64,000 nucleotides of DNA from an uncultured Candidatus Saccharibacteria bacterium (GCA_964350885.1 CAYGKV010000004.1:4480-68479), one strand, 5' to 3'; positions 40,478 through 50,394 are shown, numbered from the stretch's first letter. Notes: a model not told the origin generated them from the sequence alone. A program made the numbers and translations.

Positions 40478-41214
40478 ACCGCTACTGTATCACGCCCGAT
40501 ATATTCTGCGGGCTCGACTATTTCAGTGGGTTGCGTACAATCGGCGCGATGTACAAGGCAGTTGCGTTGGTTCGGTATAGCTGCGAAGCCATTCTTGATG
40601 CGGTGCTTCCCCTGCACGAGCGGAGTGCGCGCACAAAAGAACGTACCGCGCGAGACATCCCCCTCATTTCCACAGTGCACGACCTTTTGGGGTTGCATAT
40701 AACGACGCTTATGGATTATCGAAACGCCGCGGTACAAGATTTGGTGCGGGCGCTCAAATATGATCGATCTGCTCATGCGGCCGATCTCGGTGCACAAATT
40801 CTCGCCGATTACCTGCACGAAGAAATCGCATCGCACCGCTCTTTCAGCCAACGCAAAATCCTCATTGTGCCCGTGCCCTTGCACACGTCGCGTGCACGTG
40901 AGCGTGGGTTCAACCAAATCGAATTGGTTCTCAGAGCCCTGCCACACGAATTGAGAGACGGCACGCGCGCTCTGCTCGCTCCTCACGCGCTCACGCGCAC
41001 GCGCGACACCAAGCCGCAAACTCACCTTTCACGCTCCGAGCGCTTGAGCAATGTCGCCGGCGCATTTGTGGCGCCAAACGCGGCGCTCGTCAACAAAACT
41101 CACGTTTTTCTTATCGATGATGTAACGACCACGGGTGCAACGCTCGCAAACGCCGCAACACCCTTGCGCCGCGCGGGGGCTGAAGTCACTTTGCTCGCCC
41201 TTGCCCGTGCGTAG
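40447..41214 (+). CDS. comF: ComF-family competence protein (phosphoribosyltransferase-like)
   Basis: C-terminal PRTase motif VFLIDDVTTTGATL; Cys-containing N-terminus; start uncertain (alternatives GTG 40426, ATG 40549). Confidence 0.7.
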   Translation: MPRISFVLNPYRYCITPDIFCGLDYFSGLRTIGAMYKAVALVRYSCEAILDAVLPLHERSARTKERTARDIPLISTVHDLLGLHITTLMDYRNAAVQDLVRALKYDRSAHAADLGAQILADYLHEEIASHRSFSQRKILIVPVPLHTSRARERGFNQIELVLRALPHELRDGTRALLAPHALTRTRDTKPQTHLSRSERLSNVAGAFVAPNAALVNKTHVFLIDDVTTTGATLANAATPLRRAGAEVTLLALARA

Positions 41215-41273
41215 CTTTACCGTGTCCTTCCGTAACCCTGGCGAAGGAGGAGCGAAGCAGGGCTTGCCCGTGC

Positions 41274-42284
41274 CTAATCGGATACACGCTCACCCTCTGT
41301 AGTTACGTTTGTCTCTCGGTATGTGTCCATATAGCCTCTGTACCAACTGTACTCTCCACCGAGGAAGCGCGCAGTGAGCTCGAGTGCGAGCGCCACAGTC
41401 TTGTTGTCTTTGTCTTTCGATGGCACGATCTCGACAATGTCCAAACCTGCCACGCGGCATGTCTTGCCGATATATTGTGCGATTCCCATTATCTCTCGAC
41501 GCGTCAATCCATCCGGTGTCGCAAGACCCACGCCAGGAGCGTATGCCTCGTCAATTGAATCCATGTCCATCGATACCCATACCGAATCAACATTTCGAGC
41601 GAGCGAATCAATCGCCGCAATCGTGGGACCCAATCCACGCTTTACGATATCCAGCATCGTGATGCACTTGATCGAGCGACTCCGGAGAAATTCGATTTCT
41701 GCCTGATCTATATCCTTGAGACCAATAAAAAGAAAGTGTTTGGGAGAAATCTTCCGTCTTGCGATGTCGGTCAAGATTGCGTGCCCCACTCCCATAACCG
41801 CCGAAGTAACCATCCCATGCACGTTGCCAGAGATCGTCGTCTCATCGGTGTTGCAATCCGGATGCGCGTCGATGTAGATGACACCAAGAGACGGGCGCGC
41901 AGCGGCGGCTCCCGCGATTGAGCCGAAAGCAACCGAATGATCACCGCCAAGAGAAAGCACGGTATCCCCTCGCCGTAATGCGGCCTCGACGATCGAGGCC
42001 GCGCGCTTCGCGACCGATGCAATCTCGTCCACATTCTTCATCCTCCCCGCGCTCGCGACCAATGTAGGTTTGGTAGAAGAGATGGTTACAGATTCAGATA
42101 TTTCACGGCCGAGCGATGCAATCATCTTTTCCAAACCATGCTTAAAAAGATACGCGGGGGCCTCTGCGAGACCGCGCTCATCCGAACCCAATTCGAGGGG
42201 AATAGAAACAATTGCGACAGCGTCACTCTGTATAGGCGGTTCGTAGAAAGAAAATGTATCTCGTTCCATTTCCGTATGTCGCAA
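41274..42284 (-). CDS. arginase/agmatinase/formiminoglutamase-family ureohydrolase
   Basis: Mn-binding motifs GGDHSVAFG, DAHPD, SMDMDSID. Confidence 0.8.
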   Translation of the reverse strand: MRHTEMERDTFSFYEPPIQSDAVAIVSIPLELGSDERGLAEAPAYLFKHGLEKMIASLGREISESVTISSTKPTLVASAGRMKNVDEIASVAKRAASIVEAALRRGDTVLSLGGDHSVAFGSIAGAAAARPSLGVIYIDAHPDCNTDETTISGNVHGMVTSAVMGVGHAILTDIARRKISPKHFLFIGLKDIDQAEIEFLRSRSIKCITMLDIVKRGLGPTIAAIDSLARNVDSVWVSMDMDSIDEAYAPGVGLATPDGLTRREIMGIAQYIGKTCRVAGLDIVEIVPSKDKDNKTVALALELTARFLGGEYSWYRGYMDTYRETNVTTEGERVSD

Positions 42285-42450
42285 GAATAACAGTAGCTAT
42301 AGTATAGAAACTACGAGACGGACAATTCTGTGTATAACTACGAAGAGATGAAGCGAGATGAAGCGGCTTGCCGACAACATCATTACCTCGCAACCACGGG
42401 AGACCTACATGATGAGAGGCTGGCGCAAGGATTGGTAGCCTTCGGATTTC

Positions 42451-42687
42451 TTACGGCCTATTGTGGCGCATCGTATCGATTGCCCACGTATATTCGATCA
42501 CAAGGAATGGTATCCAATGCCATTCGCCGATATAAGCTAAGTATGTGCCTCCGAGAAACACGGCGAGAGTATTGATGATGAAGAACGCCATGTCGAATTC
42601 TTGCTCATGCCTTGAGCTGTCTTCGTTGTTCGTTACGTAAAGAAGAAATTTTTTGAGATAACCCATATTTAACATCCGTACTAACAC
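42451..42687 (-). CDS. small membrane protein, hypothetical
   Basis: 78 aa with two hydrophobic helices. Confidence 0.3.
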   Translation of the reverse strand: MLVRMLNMGYLKKFLLYVTNNEDSSRHEQEFDMAFFIINTLAVFLGGTYLAYIGEWHWIPFLVIEYTWAIDTMRHNRP

Positions 42688-42785
42688 TTTATCATTTTAT
42701 GGACAACCCGTGGGCAACCTATGGGCTGACGCAATTCAGCGAGAAACAAGAAACGCTTAATCTGCAAGATAAAATCGACAAAAAC

Positions 42786-42878
<93 letters not shown>

Positions 42879-42933
42879 CCGAAGTCCCCACCATATCATG
42901 CGAGGCACAATATGACGAAGCCGTGTATACTTT

Positions 42934-43770
42934 ATGAGAAACTCGATACCTATGCACGTTACCTGCGCGACATACAATATTCTTCGCGGTCACCATCGCG
43001 ATCTCATACTCGAAAATATACGATTCCTCATCAATCAAGGGGTCGATGTGCTCTGCCTCCAAGAGGCGGAAACGAGTTTTGAGCATTCTCTACGAAAGCT
43101 TCTTTCCCATGAAGATTTCGGCGGTTGGAATATGCATCATGCGCACGTCGGACTCGGAGGCAATGTGGCGATACTCTGGAATACAAAAAAACTCCGCCTC
43201 ACGAGTACCAGGGTGGTGCGGCTCCACAAGCTCCGAATCCCTTCCCAGCTTCCCGCCTTACGCGAACTGACAGACAAAATCGAACGCGCGGCGCTGATCG
43301 GATCTTTCGAATGGGAGAAAAAGATCCTCCAAGTCACAAGTGCGCACCTCGCGTGGGAAGGAGGCGCGAAGCACCGCATGCGACAAGTGCAGCACCTCCG
43401 CGAGACGCTTGAGGAAGAGGAGGCGGATTTCCGCATACTCGCTGGCGATTTCAATACGATCGGCTTTCGCGCGTCACGCCACAGCCGAGAGCAAAAACTG
43501 GAACAAACACTTGGAAAGAAATATGTAAATGCGCTGCCGAAGCTACACTGGAATTTTGATATTGCGTATAGAGACCCGCGAGATAAATTGAAAATCCTCG
43601 CATCTCTCTACTACCTCGGCATACGATTCCGCAATCGCCTGGACTACATATTTGCGACGAGCCTCAATGTAACCTCGGCAACAATGCACGATCTCCCCGG
43701 CTCTGATCACCGGCCGCTCGTGGCGACGTTCTCCATGAAGACGCCGGCTTCTACAGAATCTTTTGTATAA
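42934..43770 (+). CDS. endonuclease/exonuclease/phosphatase (EEP) family protein, paralog of 15621..16352
   Basis: TYNILRGHH...VDVLCLQEAE, ...GDFN..., ...SDHRPL motifs. Confidence 0.7.
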   Translation: MRNSIPMHVTCATYNILRGHHRDLILENIRFLINQGVDVLCLQEAETSFEHSLRKLLSHEDFGGWNMHHAHVGLGGNVAILWNTKKLRLTSTRVVRLHKLRIPSQLPALRELTDKIERAALIGSFEWEKKILQVTSAHLAWEGGAKHRMRQVQHLRETLEEEEADFRILAGDFNTIGFRASRHSREQKLEQTLGKKYVNALPKLHWNFDIAYRDPRDKLKILASLYYLGIRFRNRLDYIFATSLNVTSATMHDLPGSDHRPLVATFSMKTPASTESFV

Positions 43771-44086
43771 ACCACGAAAGTATCGAGAGTACGAGCGCGC
43801 CAAGGAATGCAGACCAAAAACCGGCAACAACAAATCCAGGAACGATCAGTGTCATCGCCCAGAAGAGGAGCGCGTTCAAGATGAACGAGAAAAGGCCGAG
43901 GGTAATGATCGTGATGGGAAGTGTAAGGATTTTGAGCACGGGCTTAACGACCGTCGCAATAACGGACCATACGAGCGAGACAATAAGAATCGTGATCCAT
44001 CCTCCGGCGACCGTAATACCCGGCACGAGATTGACCGTCAAAAAAACCGCCGCGACAGTGCCAAGATAACGAAGGGCCGTGTGCAT
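43751..44086 (-). CDS. YvlD/DUF360 (phage_holin_4_2 superfamily) membrane protein
   Basis: LTLPITIITLGLFSFILNALLFWAMTLIVPGF closely matches the conserved core of Bacillus YvlD-type 4-TM proteins. Confidence 0.65.
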   Translation of the reverse strand: MHTALRYLGTVAAVFLTVNLVPGITVAGGWITILIVSLVWSVIATVVKPVLKILTLPITIITLGLFSFILNALLFWAMTLIVPGFVVAGFWSAFLGALVLSILSWFIQKIL

Positions 44087-44108
44087 GTCGGCAATAATAA
44101 CACTTCAA

Positions 44109-44324
44109 GGCCCGCGCCTGCTGGCGCGGGCCCTAAACTCCTCATGTCGGCCGTCGCCAACATTCGAGCCCTAACACAACCGAGAGTCCTTACGTCGGAA
44201 CGTGCTCGTTCCGACGTGAATCTTCTCCTATCGGCCTGCGGCCGACAGTCGAACCGCCTTCGGCGGCACCTCGCGGTGGATTCACCTACGGAATGAAGTG
44301 AGGCCCTGGGGCCTCACTTCATTC
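44109..44324. repeat. cluster of five perfect GC-rich hairpins in one intergenic spacer
   Basis: GGCCCGCGCC-TGCT-GGCGCGGGCC (44109-44132); CGTCGGAACG-TGCT-CGTTCCGACG (44193-44216); TCGGCC-TGC-GGCCGA (44231-44245); CCGCC-TTC-GGCGG (44254-44266); GAATGAAGTGAGGCC-CTGG-GGCCTCACTTCATTC (44291-44324). Confidence 0.6.
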
Positions 44325-44465
44325 CCACGCCTTCTCATCATCCAAAAGAGAGCCGCTGAGAAGCGCCTCATCCTCGTCGGCATCTTCATCGAGAACTTCA
44401 CCGAGCGCCTCTTCCGAGATCGTCCCATCCTTCTTTTTATCTTCATCATCATCGTGATACACCAT
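44319..44465 (-). CDS. possible 48-aa highly acidic peptide (MVYHDDDEDKKKDGTISEEALGEVLDEDADEDEALLSGSLLDDEKAWE)
   Basis: ATG..TGA ORF on minus strand, below track length cutoff; stop codon lies inside the 15-bp-stem hairpin; low-complexity, so weak. Confidence 0.2.
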   Translation of the reverse strand: MVYHDDDEDKKKDGTISEEALGEVLDEDADEDEALLSGSLLDDEKAWE

Positions 44466-44573
44466 AGCAATTGCGTTTACTTATATTTCTCTAACACGAC
44501 CATCTTACCCATGCCCGCGCGAGACGCAATATCAAAATAACGGGGCTGTGAATAACTCGGTATACTGTGTCGC

Positions 44574-46727
44574 ATGCTCCCCGATGACCTCCTCACAAAA
44601 CATTTCCGAGTCAACGACCTGCAGCTCCGCGGACTAAGAAAACTCGGCATCGCAACCGTACGAGATCTCCTCTACCACTTCCCGGCCCGCTACGAGGAGG
44701 GCGGCGAAGAGATATCGATCATGGCGGCTGTCGCGGGCACTCCGGCAACAATCTATGGGACGATCAACAAACTCGAGATACGACGCTCCTGGAAACGCAA
44801 AATCCCGGTGGGAGAAGCAGTCATCACAGATGCGTCCGGCTCAATCAAAGTCATGTGGTTCCACCAACCATACCTCGTAAAGAAATTCACAAATGGAATG
44901 TACGTGAAAGCGGTGGGAACTATCTCTGGAAAAGACGGCAAGGTATACCTTGCAAATCCCGAAGTTGCGCTCGCCGACCCGACCGAAGCAGGGCTTTTCA
45001 AGTCGCCCGATACGCCTTCCACAAAACCCGGGACCTCGTTTTCGGTATATCCCGAAAGCCGCGGCATTACATCGCTCTGGTTTCGACACGCGCTTGAGAG
45101 AGTCTTTTCGGCGGGCATACTTGATGCCCTCGTCGATCCGATCCCCTCTCACATCCTCAATCGATATCATCTTCCCGACCTGAAGAGCGCGCTCGTATAT
45201 ATCCACACACCAGACGAGCGAGCGCACGCCGAGGCCGCGCGCAAACGATTTGCGTTTGAGGAAATATTTGCGATCCAGATCGTGCGTGCGCAAGAGCGCG
45301 CAGTAAACGATACACAAGCATCATTCCCCATTCAAGGAGGCGCTGCCCTCGCGGAGAAATTCCTCGACTCAATTGCATTCCCTCCGACAAACGCACAAAC
45401 GCGTGCAATTGCGGATATTCTCTCGGATTTTGGAAAGCCGCACCCCATGGCACGATTGCTCGAGGGCGACGTAGGAAGTGGTAAAACGCTCGTCGCGGCG
45501 GCGAGTGCCTATGCGGTCGTCAATAGTCGTCCTCCAAACCGCACATCGGGGACACTACAGGTGGCATACATGGCACCTACTGAAATCCTTGCAAACCAAC
45601 ACTTCCAATCCTTTATCGAATACTTCAAAGAACTTCCAATAAACGTCGCGCTCATCACGGGAAGCGGCTGCAAAAAATTCCCATCGAAAACAAAGCGAGG
45701 TGCGGCGACTGATATTTCACGCGCACAACTTCTCAAATGGGTTGCGAATGGTGAAATTGCGATGCTCATCGGGACGCACGCTCTCATTCAAAAATCGGTG
45801 AAGTTTCAGCACCTCGCATACGCAATCGTAGACGAGCAACACCGTTTCGGTACCCTACAGCGCCGCGCACTTGCCCACAAGGGCGATTCTGCCCCCCATT
45901 TTCTTTCGATGACCGCAACACCGATCCCCCGCACCCTCTCGCTCACCCTCTACGGCGATCTCGATCTCTCACTACTCGACGAATTACCACCGGGCCGCGC
46001 GAAGATCACGACATCGATCGTAAAGCCTTCCGAGCGCGCTGCCGCATACGAGCATATACGGGATCAGCTAAAGTCCGGTAGACAAGCATTTGTGATCTGT
46101 CCGCGAATCGAAGAGCCCGATCCAGAAAAATGGAATGCGTTGCAAGCAAAATCCGCGAAAGCGGAAGCGAAGCGGCTTGCAAAAGATGTATTCCCTGAAT
46201 ATCGGATCGGTCTTTTGCACGGCAGCGTCACATCGAAAGAGAAAGACGCGATCATGGCACAGTTTGCCGCACACACAATCGATATTCTCGTCGCCACATC
46301 GGTGGTCGAGGTAGGTATCAACGTGCCAAATGCTACCGTAATGATGATTGAGGGTGCCGAGCGTTTTGGTTTGGCGCAACTCCATCAACTCCGCGGGCGG
46401 ATCATGAGAAGCTCTCACAAACCTTCATGCTTTCTTCTTACAGAAACTAAGAGTGACGTTTCTATCAAGCGACTAAAGGCACTTGCCGAGACCGCAGACG
46501 GCTTCAAGCTCGCGGAGACTGACCTCGAAGCGCGCGGCGCGGGAGATTTGTTGGGGCGTAAGCAGTGGGGTGTTACCGACCTCGGCATGGAAGCGCTCAA
46601 AAATGTAAAGCTCATCCGCGCCGCGCGCACCGAAGCACACGACCTCATTTCGAGTGATGCAGCGCTCAGTGAATATCCGGCACTAGCGGAGCGAATTCTC
46701 AACACGAGAGACCTTCACAACGAGTGA
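44574..46727 (+). CDS. recG: ATP-dependent DNA helicase RecG
   Basis: N-terminal wedge/OB domain, helicase motifs (GDVGSGKT Walker A, DEQHRFG, SATPIPRT, arginine finger QLRGR); 717 aa. Confidence 0.9.
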   Translation: MLPDDLLTKHFRVNDLQLRGLRKLGIATVRDLLYHFPARYEEGGEEISIMAAVAGTPATIYGTINKLEIRRSWKRKIPVGEAVITDASGSIKVMWFHQPYLVKKFTNGMYVKAVGTISGKDGKVYLANPEVALADPTEAGLFKSPDTPSTKPGTSFSVYPESRGITSLWFRHALERVFSAGILDALVDPIPSHILNRYHLPDLKSALVYIHTPDERAHAEAARKRFAFEEIFAIQIVRAQERAVNDTQASFPIQGGAALAEKFLDSIAFPPTNAQTRAIADILSDFGKPHPMARLLEGDVGSGKTLVAAASAYAVVNSRPPNRTSGTLQVAYMAPTEILANQHFQSFIEYFKELPINVALITGSGCKKFPSKTKRGAATDISRAQLLKWVANGEIAMLIGTHALIQKSVKFQHLAYAIVDEQHRFGTLQRRALAHKGDSAPHFLSMTATPIPRTLSLTLYGDLDLSLLDELPPGRAKITTSIVKPSERAAAYEHIRDQLKSGRQAFVICPRIEEPDPEKWNALQAKSAKAEAKRLAKDVFPEYRIGLLHGSVTSKEKDAIMAQFAAHTIDILVATSVVEVGINVPNATVMMIEGAERFGLAQLHQLRGRIMRSSHKPSCFLLTETKSDVSIKRLKALAETADGFKLAETDLEARGAGDLLGRKQWGVTDLGMEALKNVKLIRAARTEAHDLISSDAALSEYPALAERILNTRDLHNE

Positions 46728-46729
46728 AC

Positions 46730-47593
46730 TTAGAAACGCTTCCAAAGTGCATTTTCGCAGATCAAATACGTCCCGCCACTTGGACAGTTCTGCATGTACT
46801 GACACGCGACGAATTCTTGCCTCCCCTCCGGCCCACATACCGTCCCCTCTTGCACATTTGCCGAGCTCCCATACGTCCCACCGGGAGTGCTGATAGGGCA
46901 GGGTGTCACCGACCAGTATCCAAAATCACCGACACCGTTCGAGCACCAATACGTAAAGACATCGGAAGGGCTCGTGTACAGATTGGTATTCGGGGGAGTG
47001 CTCGCGGACGATGTCACTGAGGTTGTGGTCGATGTCGATGAGGCGATTACCCCCGTAGAGGAAGCGGATATGAGGTACCGCGTCGCAACGGCGACGCAAT
47101 ACCATGAGGTAACACACCCATCGGGACCACGCCGCCCTTGCCAATAGCTCGTGCACGGCGTCTTCGGCTTCAGATTCACGCTGCACTTCGTGACGCCCGG
47201 CACATCAGACCCCGCGCTCTGTACGCTCCGAATGACCGTCTCAGAGATTCCGCCTCCGGAGATCGCAGACTTCGTACAGCGCGCTGCGATCGCCGCACGA
47301 GTCTTTGGGCCGACGACACCAAACCCCTGATCGCTCCTCGAAAGAATAACGCCATTGCCCTCTTGCCACCTCCCTACTGCCTCTTCGGTAAGGGCACCGA
47401 AATATCCGGTGGCATAATCGGAGGAAAGTTCACCTTTGCTGATGAGAAATTGCTGCAATTGACGTACGTCTTCTCCGCGCGTTCCCACAAAAAGGGAGCG
47501 CGTGAGCGAGGGGCACGTGGATTGCGCGAAAGAAACGAGTGGGACAAAAAACACCACCAAACCGATGACACTGGTAATGGCGCGAGAAAACAT
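46730..47593 (-). CDS. secreted protein with peptidoglycan-binding (PG_binding_1) domain and Cys-rich C-terminus
   Basis: Signal peptide; GEDVRQLQQFLISKG...GYFGALTEEAVGRWQ is the PG_binding_1 signature. Confidence 0.6.
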   Translation of the reverse strand: MFSRAITSVIGLVVFFVPLVSFAQSTCPSLTRSLFVGTRGEDVRQLQQFLISKGELSSDYATGYFGALTEEAVGRWQEGNGVILSRSDQGFGVVGPKTRAAIAARCTKSAISGGGISETVIRSVQSAGSDVPGVTKCSVNLKPKTPCTSYWQGRRGPDGCVTSWYCVAVATRYLISASSTGVIASSTSTTTSVTSSASTPPNTNLYTSPSDVFTYWCSNGVGDFGYWSVTPCPISTPGGTYGSSANVQEGTVCGPEGRQEFVACQYMQNCPSGGTYLICENALWKRF

Positions 47594-47599
47594 GCTACG

Positions 47600-49411
47600 T
47601 TAATTCGATATCGTGAGCGCGATATCATCGATTCGCGATAGATTGGCTCCTCGCTTCAGTGTAATCGTGTAGGAGCCGTTGCGCACATACTGGTGCGTGA
47701 GCGTCTTCTGAGCGGGAGTTTGAGCGCATGAAGTAGCACCATCGTTTTGGATCACATCTGCCGTGCCATCACCCCAAGAAAGACGGTATCCGGTACATGA
47801 GGTCGGAAGGTCGAAAGTGGTGGAAAAGGTGAGCGAAGCAGAGTCCGATGAGACGATGGTCGGGACACTATACGAGTAGGAACCGGCGGGCGTTGAAGTC
47901 CCGGTCCCTGGCGAGCTGGGGAGAATAATGATGGTAATTGACCCAACGGTCGGCTGCAAAGGCCCCGCCCCTCCCTGATAAAGGGTCGCACGAAATCCAC
48001 CCGACTGTGTGTATGTGTGAGACACACCGTAATTCAACCATCCTCCCACGCTCGCGGGCAGGTTGATCGATGCCGCCGTGCCATCTCCAAAATCCAGCGT
48101 GGATGCACACCCACCGAGACAGAACCCTGCGTCATTACTATTGACCGTGCCAGAAAACGTAACCGTGAGCGGCGCAGTGCCCGTGATTGGGGTTACTGTA
48201 AATGATTCTCGTGGTAGCCCGGGTGTAAAGACTGGCGGCGGAGGCCCAGCTACGGTGACGGTGGCAGATGTGTCGTGCCCAGCAGCAGAAAGTTTAATGA
48301 CGTACTTACCGCCGTACCGATACGTGTGCTCGAACGGCTGATTGAACTCTTTACAATTTCCAGCAGAAACTGGGATTTGCTGCGCCGCGGTGCCGTCTCC
48401 AAAATCAAGTGTGTACACTGCGGCCGAACAAGATTTCGTCGTGTTGATAGTAGCTACAACAGCAACTTCGAGCGGTGCCTCGCCGGAGATTGGAGAAACG
48501 GTGATGAAACCACCGACTTGCGGCGCTGCTGCTGGCCCAGGAATTCCTCCATAACTACCTGTGGTGCAGAGAAGTGCGATCGCCGCCGCTGTGCGCGGGC
48601 CAACCACACCAAACCCCGTGGTCTCGGGAGAACCAGAAGAGACGATGTTGTATTTTACTTGCCATCGCTGGACCGCCCTCTCCGTAAGCGCTCCATAATA
48701 TCCACTTACCGTTGCTTCAGGATAAATAGCTGGATCTCTCGCGAGGAATTGCTGTAGTCGCGTCACATCCTCGCCGGAAACTCCTCGCTTCAAGCTGCGT
48801 CCAACGAGCGGGCACGAGCTCGAGTCGGTCACTCCTGCGACAGGAACAACGACGGGCGCAACAACTCCCCCAGAGCTCACTCCAAGCTGTGCCTGCAGTG
48901 CCGCTACGCGAGCGATAAGTGCCTGCGCTTGCGCTTGCAATTCTGCAACGGACGGCGAGCTTGCCGGAACACTCGGTACCGGCGCATTCGCTGAGGCAAC
49001 CGTGATGGTGCCCGATTGTCCTACTCCGCCCACTCCACCGTGGAAATTACAGCGATATCCGTAATTACCTGCGGTATTAAAGAGTGCTGTAAATGACTGA
49101 CCGACAGAAATAGTTCCGCTGTCAAACCCACCATTATCGGAAGTAACTGTGTGAGCTATGGTCCCAGTATTAACCCATGTGACAGTATCGCCTGGATTAA
49201 CCGTAACGTTCCTCGGAGAAAATGTGCTGTCGTTGATGGTAATCGTAACCTGCGCGGCGAAGCTAACAGACGGCACAAGAAACAGCGCCGCCATAATAAC
49301 GGCAACTGCATAAGAAAAACGAAGTCCCAAAGGGATTGCGATTTGTAGTCGCGCTGCGCGCGAACAAATCGGGAAAGTGTGGTGCATGCGATTATTGTGG
49401 CACGTCACCAA
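47600..49411 (-). CDS. large secreted multidomain protein: cupredoxin (blue-copper) domain + PG-binding domain + three PKD-like repeats
   Basis: N-terminal plastocyanin-like segment with His..Cys..His ligands (TIAHTV...YRCNFHGG); PG_binding_1 (GEDVTRLQQFLARD...GYYGALTERAVQRWQ); PKD motifs (LDFGDGTAAQQ, TLDFGDGTAAS, RLSWGDGTAD). True start probably an internal ATG. Confidence 0.65.
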   Translation of the reverse strand: MVTCHNNRMHHTFPICSRAARLQIAIPLGLRFSYAVAVIMAALFLVPSVSFAAQVTITINDSTFSPRNVTVNPGDTVTWVNTGTIAHTVTSDNGGFDSGTISVGQSFTALFNTAGNYGYRCNFHGGVGGVGQSGTITVASANAPVPSVPASSPSVAELQAQAQALIARVAALQAQLGVSSGGVVAPVVVPVAGVTDSSSCPLVGRSLKRGVSGEDVTRLQQFLARDPAIYPEATVSGYYGALTERAVQRWQVKYNIVSSGSPETTGFGVVGPRTAAAIALLCTTGSYGGIPGPAAAPQVGGFITVSPISGEAPLEVAVVATINTTKSCSAAVYTLDFGDGTAAQQIPVSAGNCKEFNQPFEHTYRYGGKYVIKLSAAGHDTSATVTVAGPPPPVFTPGLPRESFTVTPITGTAPLTVTFSGTVNSNDAGFCLGGCASTLDFGDGTAASINLPASVGGWLNYGVSHTYTQSGGFRATLYQGGAGPLQPTVGSITIIILPSSPGTGTSTPAGSYSYSVPTIVSSDSASLTFSTTFDLPTSCTGYRLSWGDGTADVIQNDGATSCAQTPAQKTLTHQYVRNGSYTITLKRGANLSRIDDIALTISN

Positions 49412-49514
49412 AACCGCGCAACTACGGAATTCACACCGAATTTTCTCTATCGTGTCCGCCCGATTGGGCTCGCCTCACCCGTACAGTGGGTTGCAGCCGA
49501 GAGAAAAAACCTTT

Positions 49515-49585
49515 TACGCCCACCAGGAATCGGACCTGGGTCAGTCGGGTATAAGCCGGCCGCTCTACCATTGAGCTATGGGCGC
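49515..49585 (-). tRNA. tRNA with anticodon TAT (formally Ile-UAU), atypical
   Basis: RC: GCGCCCA-TA-GCTC-AATGGTA-GAGC-G-GCCGG-CTTATAC-CCGAC-TGAC-CCAGG-TCCGATT-CCTGG-TGGGCGT-A. Good D and T arms; C28.A42 mismatch in anticodon stem and G1.U72 wobble. Confidence 0.55.
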
Positions 49586-49618
49586 ACGTGAGGAGTAAAA
49601 TAAGAATACTTCGAATTC

Positions 49619-50317
49619 TTACTTTCTCCGAATGCTGCGTCCCGTATGCATATAGGGGCGCATGTGCTGCTCACGAAGATACCTGAGCGCCATTGTAATG
49701 TACTCCCACATGGGCATATTCTCAAAGAGTAGATTGCATGTTCCGTGCCCGTAACCCGTTTTATATGTAAGCCCCGTCAGTTTAGAGTTTTTTATGTATG
49801 GCTTCCGAAATTGCTTTGCCGGTACATTCAGTACATTGGACCAGTACAAAATCTCTTTTTTGACATTCATATCTGTGTAGAGATGCAACGTAACGCGTAA
49901 TTGTGAAGCCGGAACACCGAGAGACTCTATCCAATTTTTAAAGGCAATGACGACAGAGGGATCTGTGTTTGCGATGCCAACCCTTCCCCGCGATGCCTTG
50001 AGACCCTCTCCCCAATACAAATGCAGCCCTGAAATAAAAATGTCCCTGCGTGACAATATCCCTATGTCTTTTGCTGCCCGTTTGTAGGATATTTGAAGGC
50101 GTGCGTCCCTTTTCTTACTCATCGTCTCCCGAAAACGTTCGATGCGGCGCGGATTGAAGTCGCGCGCGGTGCGCATCTGGGTAGGTGTCAACGGCATATC
50201 TGCGAGCCATGCGCTTAAAGTTCCTTTACCAACTTTCAGTACCTCTTTAATCTCCGAGTAGCTCTTTCCTTGCCCACGCAAGGTTCTAGCTTTTTCTCTA
50301 TCGGCAAACCGCGCCAT
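49619..50317 (-). CDS. HTH + LAGLIDADG-like putative homing-endonuclease-family protein, paralog B
   Basis: N-terminal HTH (SYSEIKEVLKVGKGTLSAW); ISGLHLYWGEGLKASRGRVGIANTDP block aligns with paralog A; lies 33 nt upstream of, and codirectional with, the TAT-anticodon tRNA. Confidence 0.5.
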   Translation of the reverse strand: MARFADREKARTLRGQGKSYSEIKEVLKVGKGTLSAWLADMPLTPTQMRTARDFNPRRIERFRETMSKKRDARLQISYKRAAKDIGILSRRDIFISGLHLYWGEGLKASRGRVGIANTDPSVVIAFKNWIESLGVPASQLRVTLHLYTDMNVKKEILYWSNVLNVPAKQFRKPYIKNSKLTGLTYKTGYGHGTCNLLFENMPMWEYITMALRYLREQHMRPYMHTGRSIRRK

Positions 50318-50394
50318 ACATGAACATTAAGAGTACGTTCAGATATTGTACACTTTCAAGTTCAATTATCGAACCGACCCCTGCGAGTTAAAAG

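Noticed and set aside
44282-44470. Track ORF encoding Arg/Met-rich peptide MLWCITMMMKIKRRMGRSRKRR...
   Set aside because: Low-complexity basic translation of the antisense frame of the D/E-rich region; the acidic frame is reported, with low confidence, instead.
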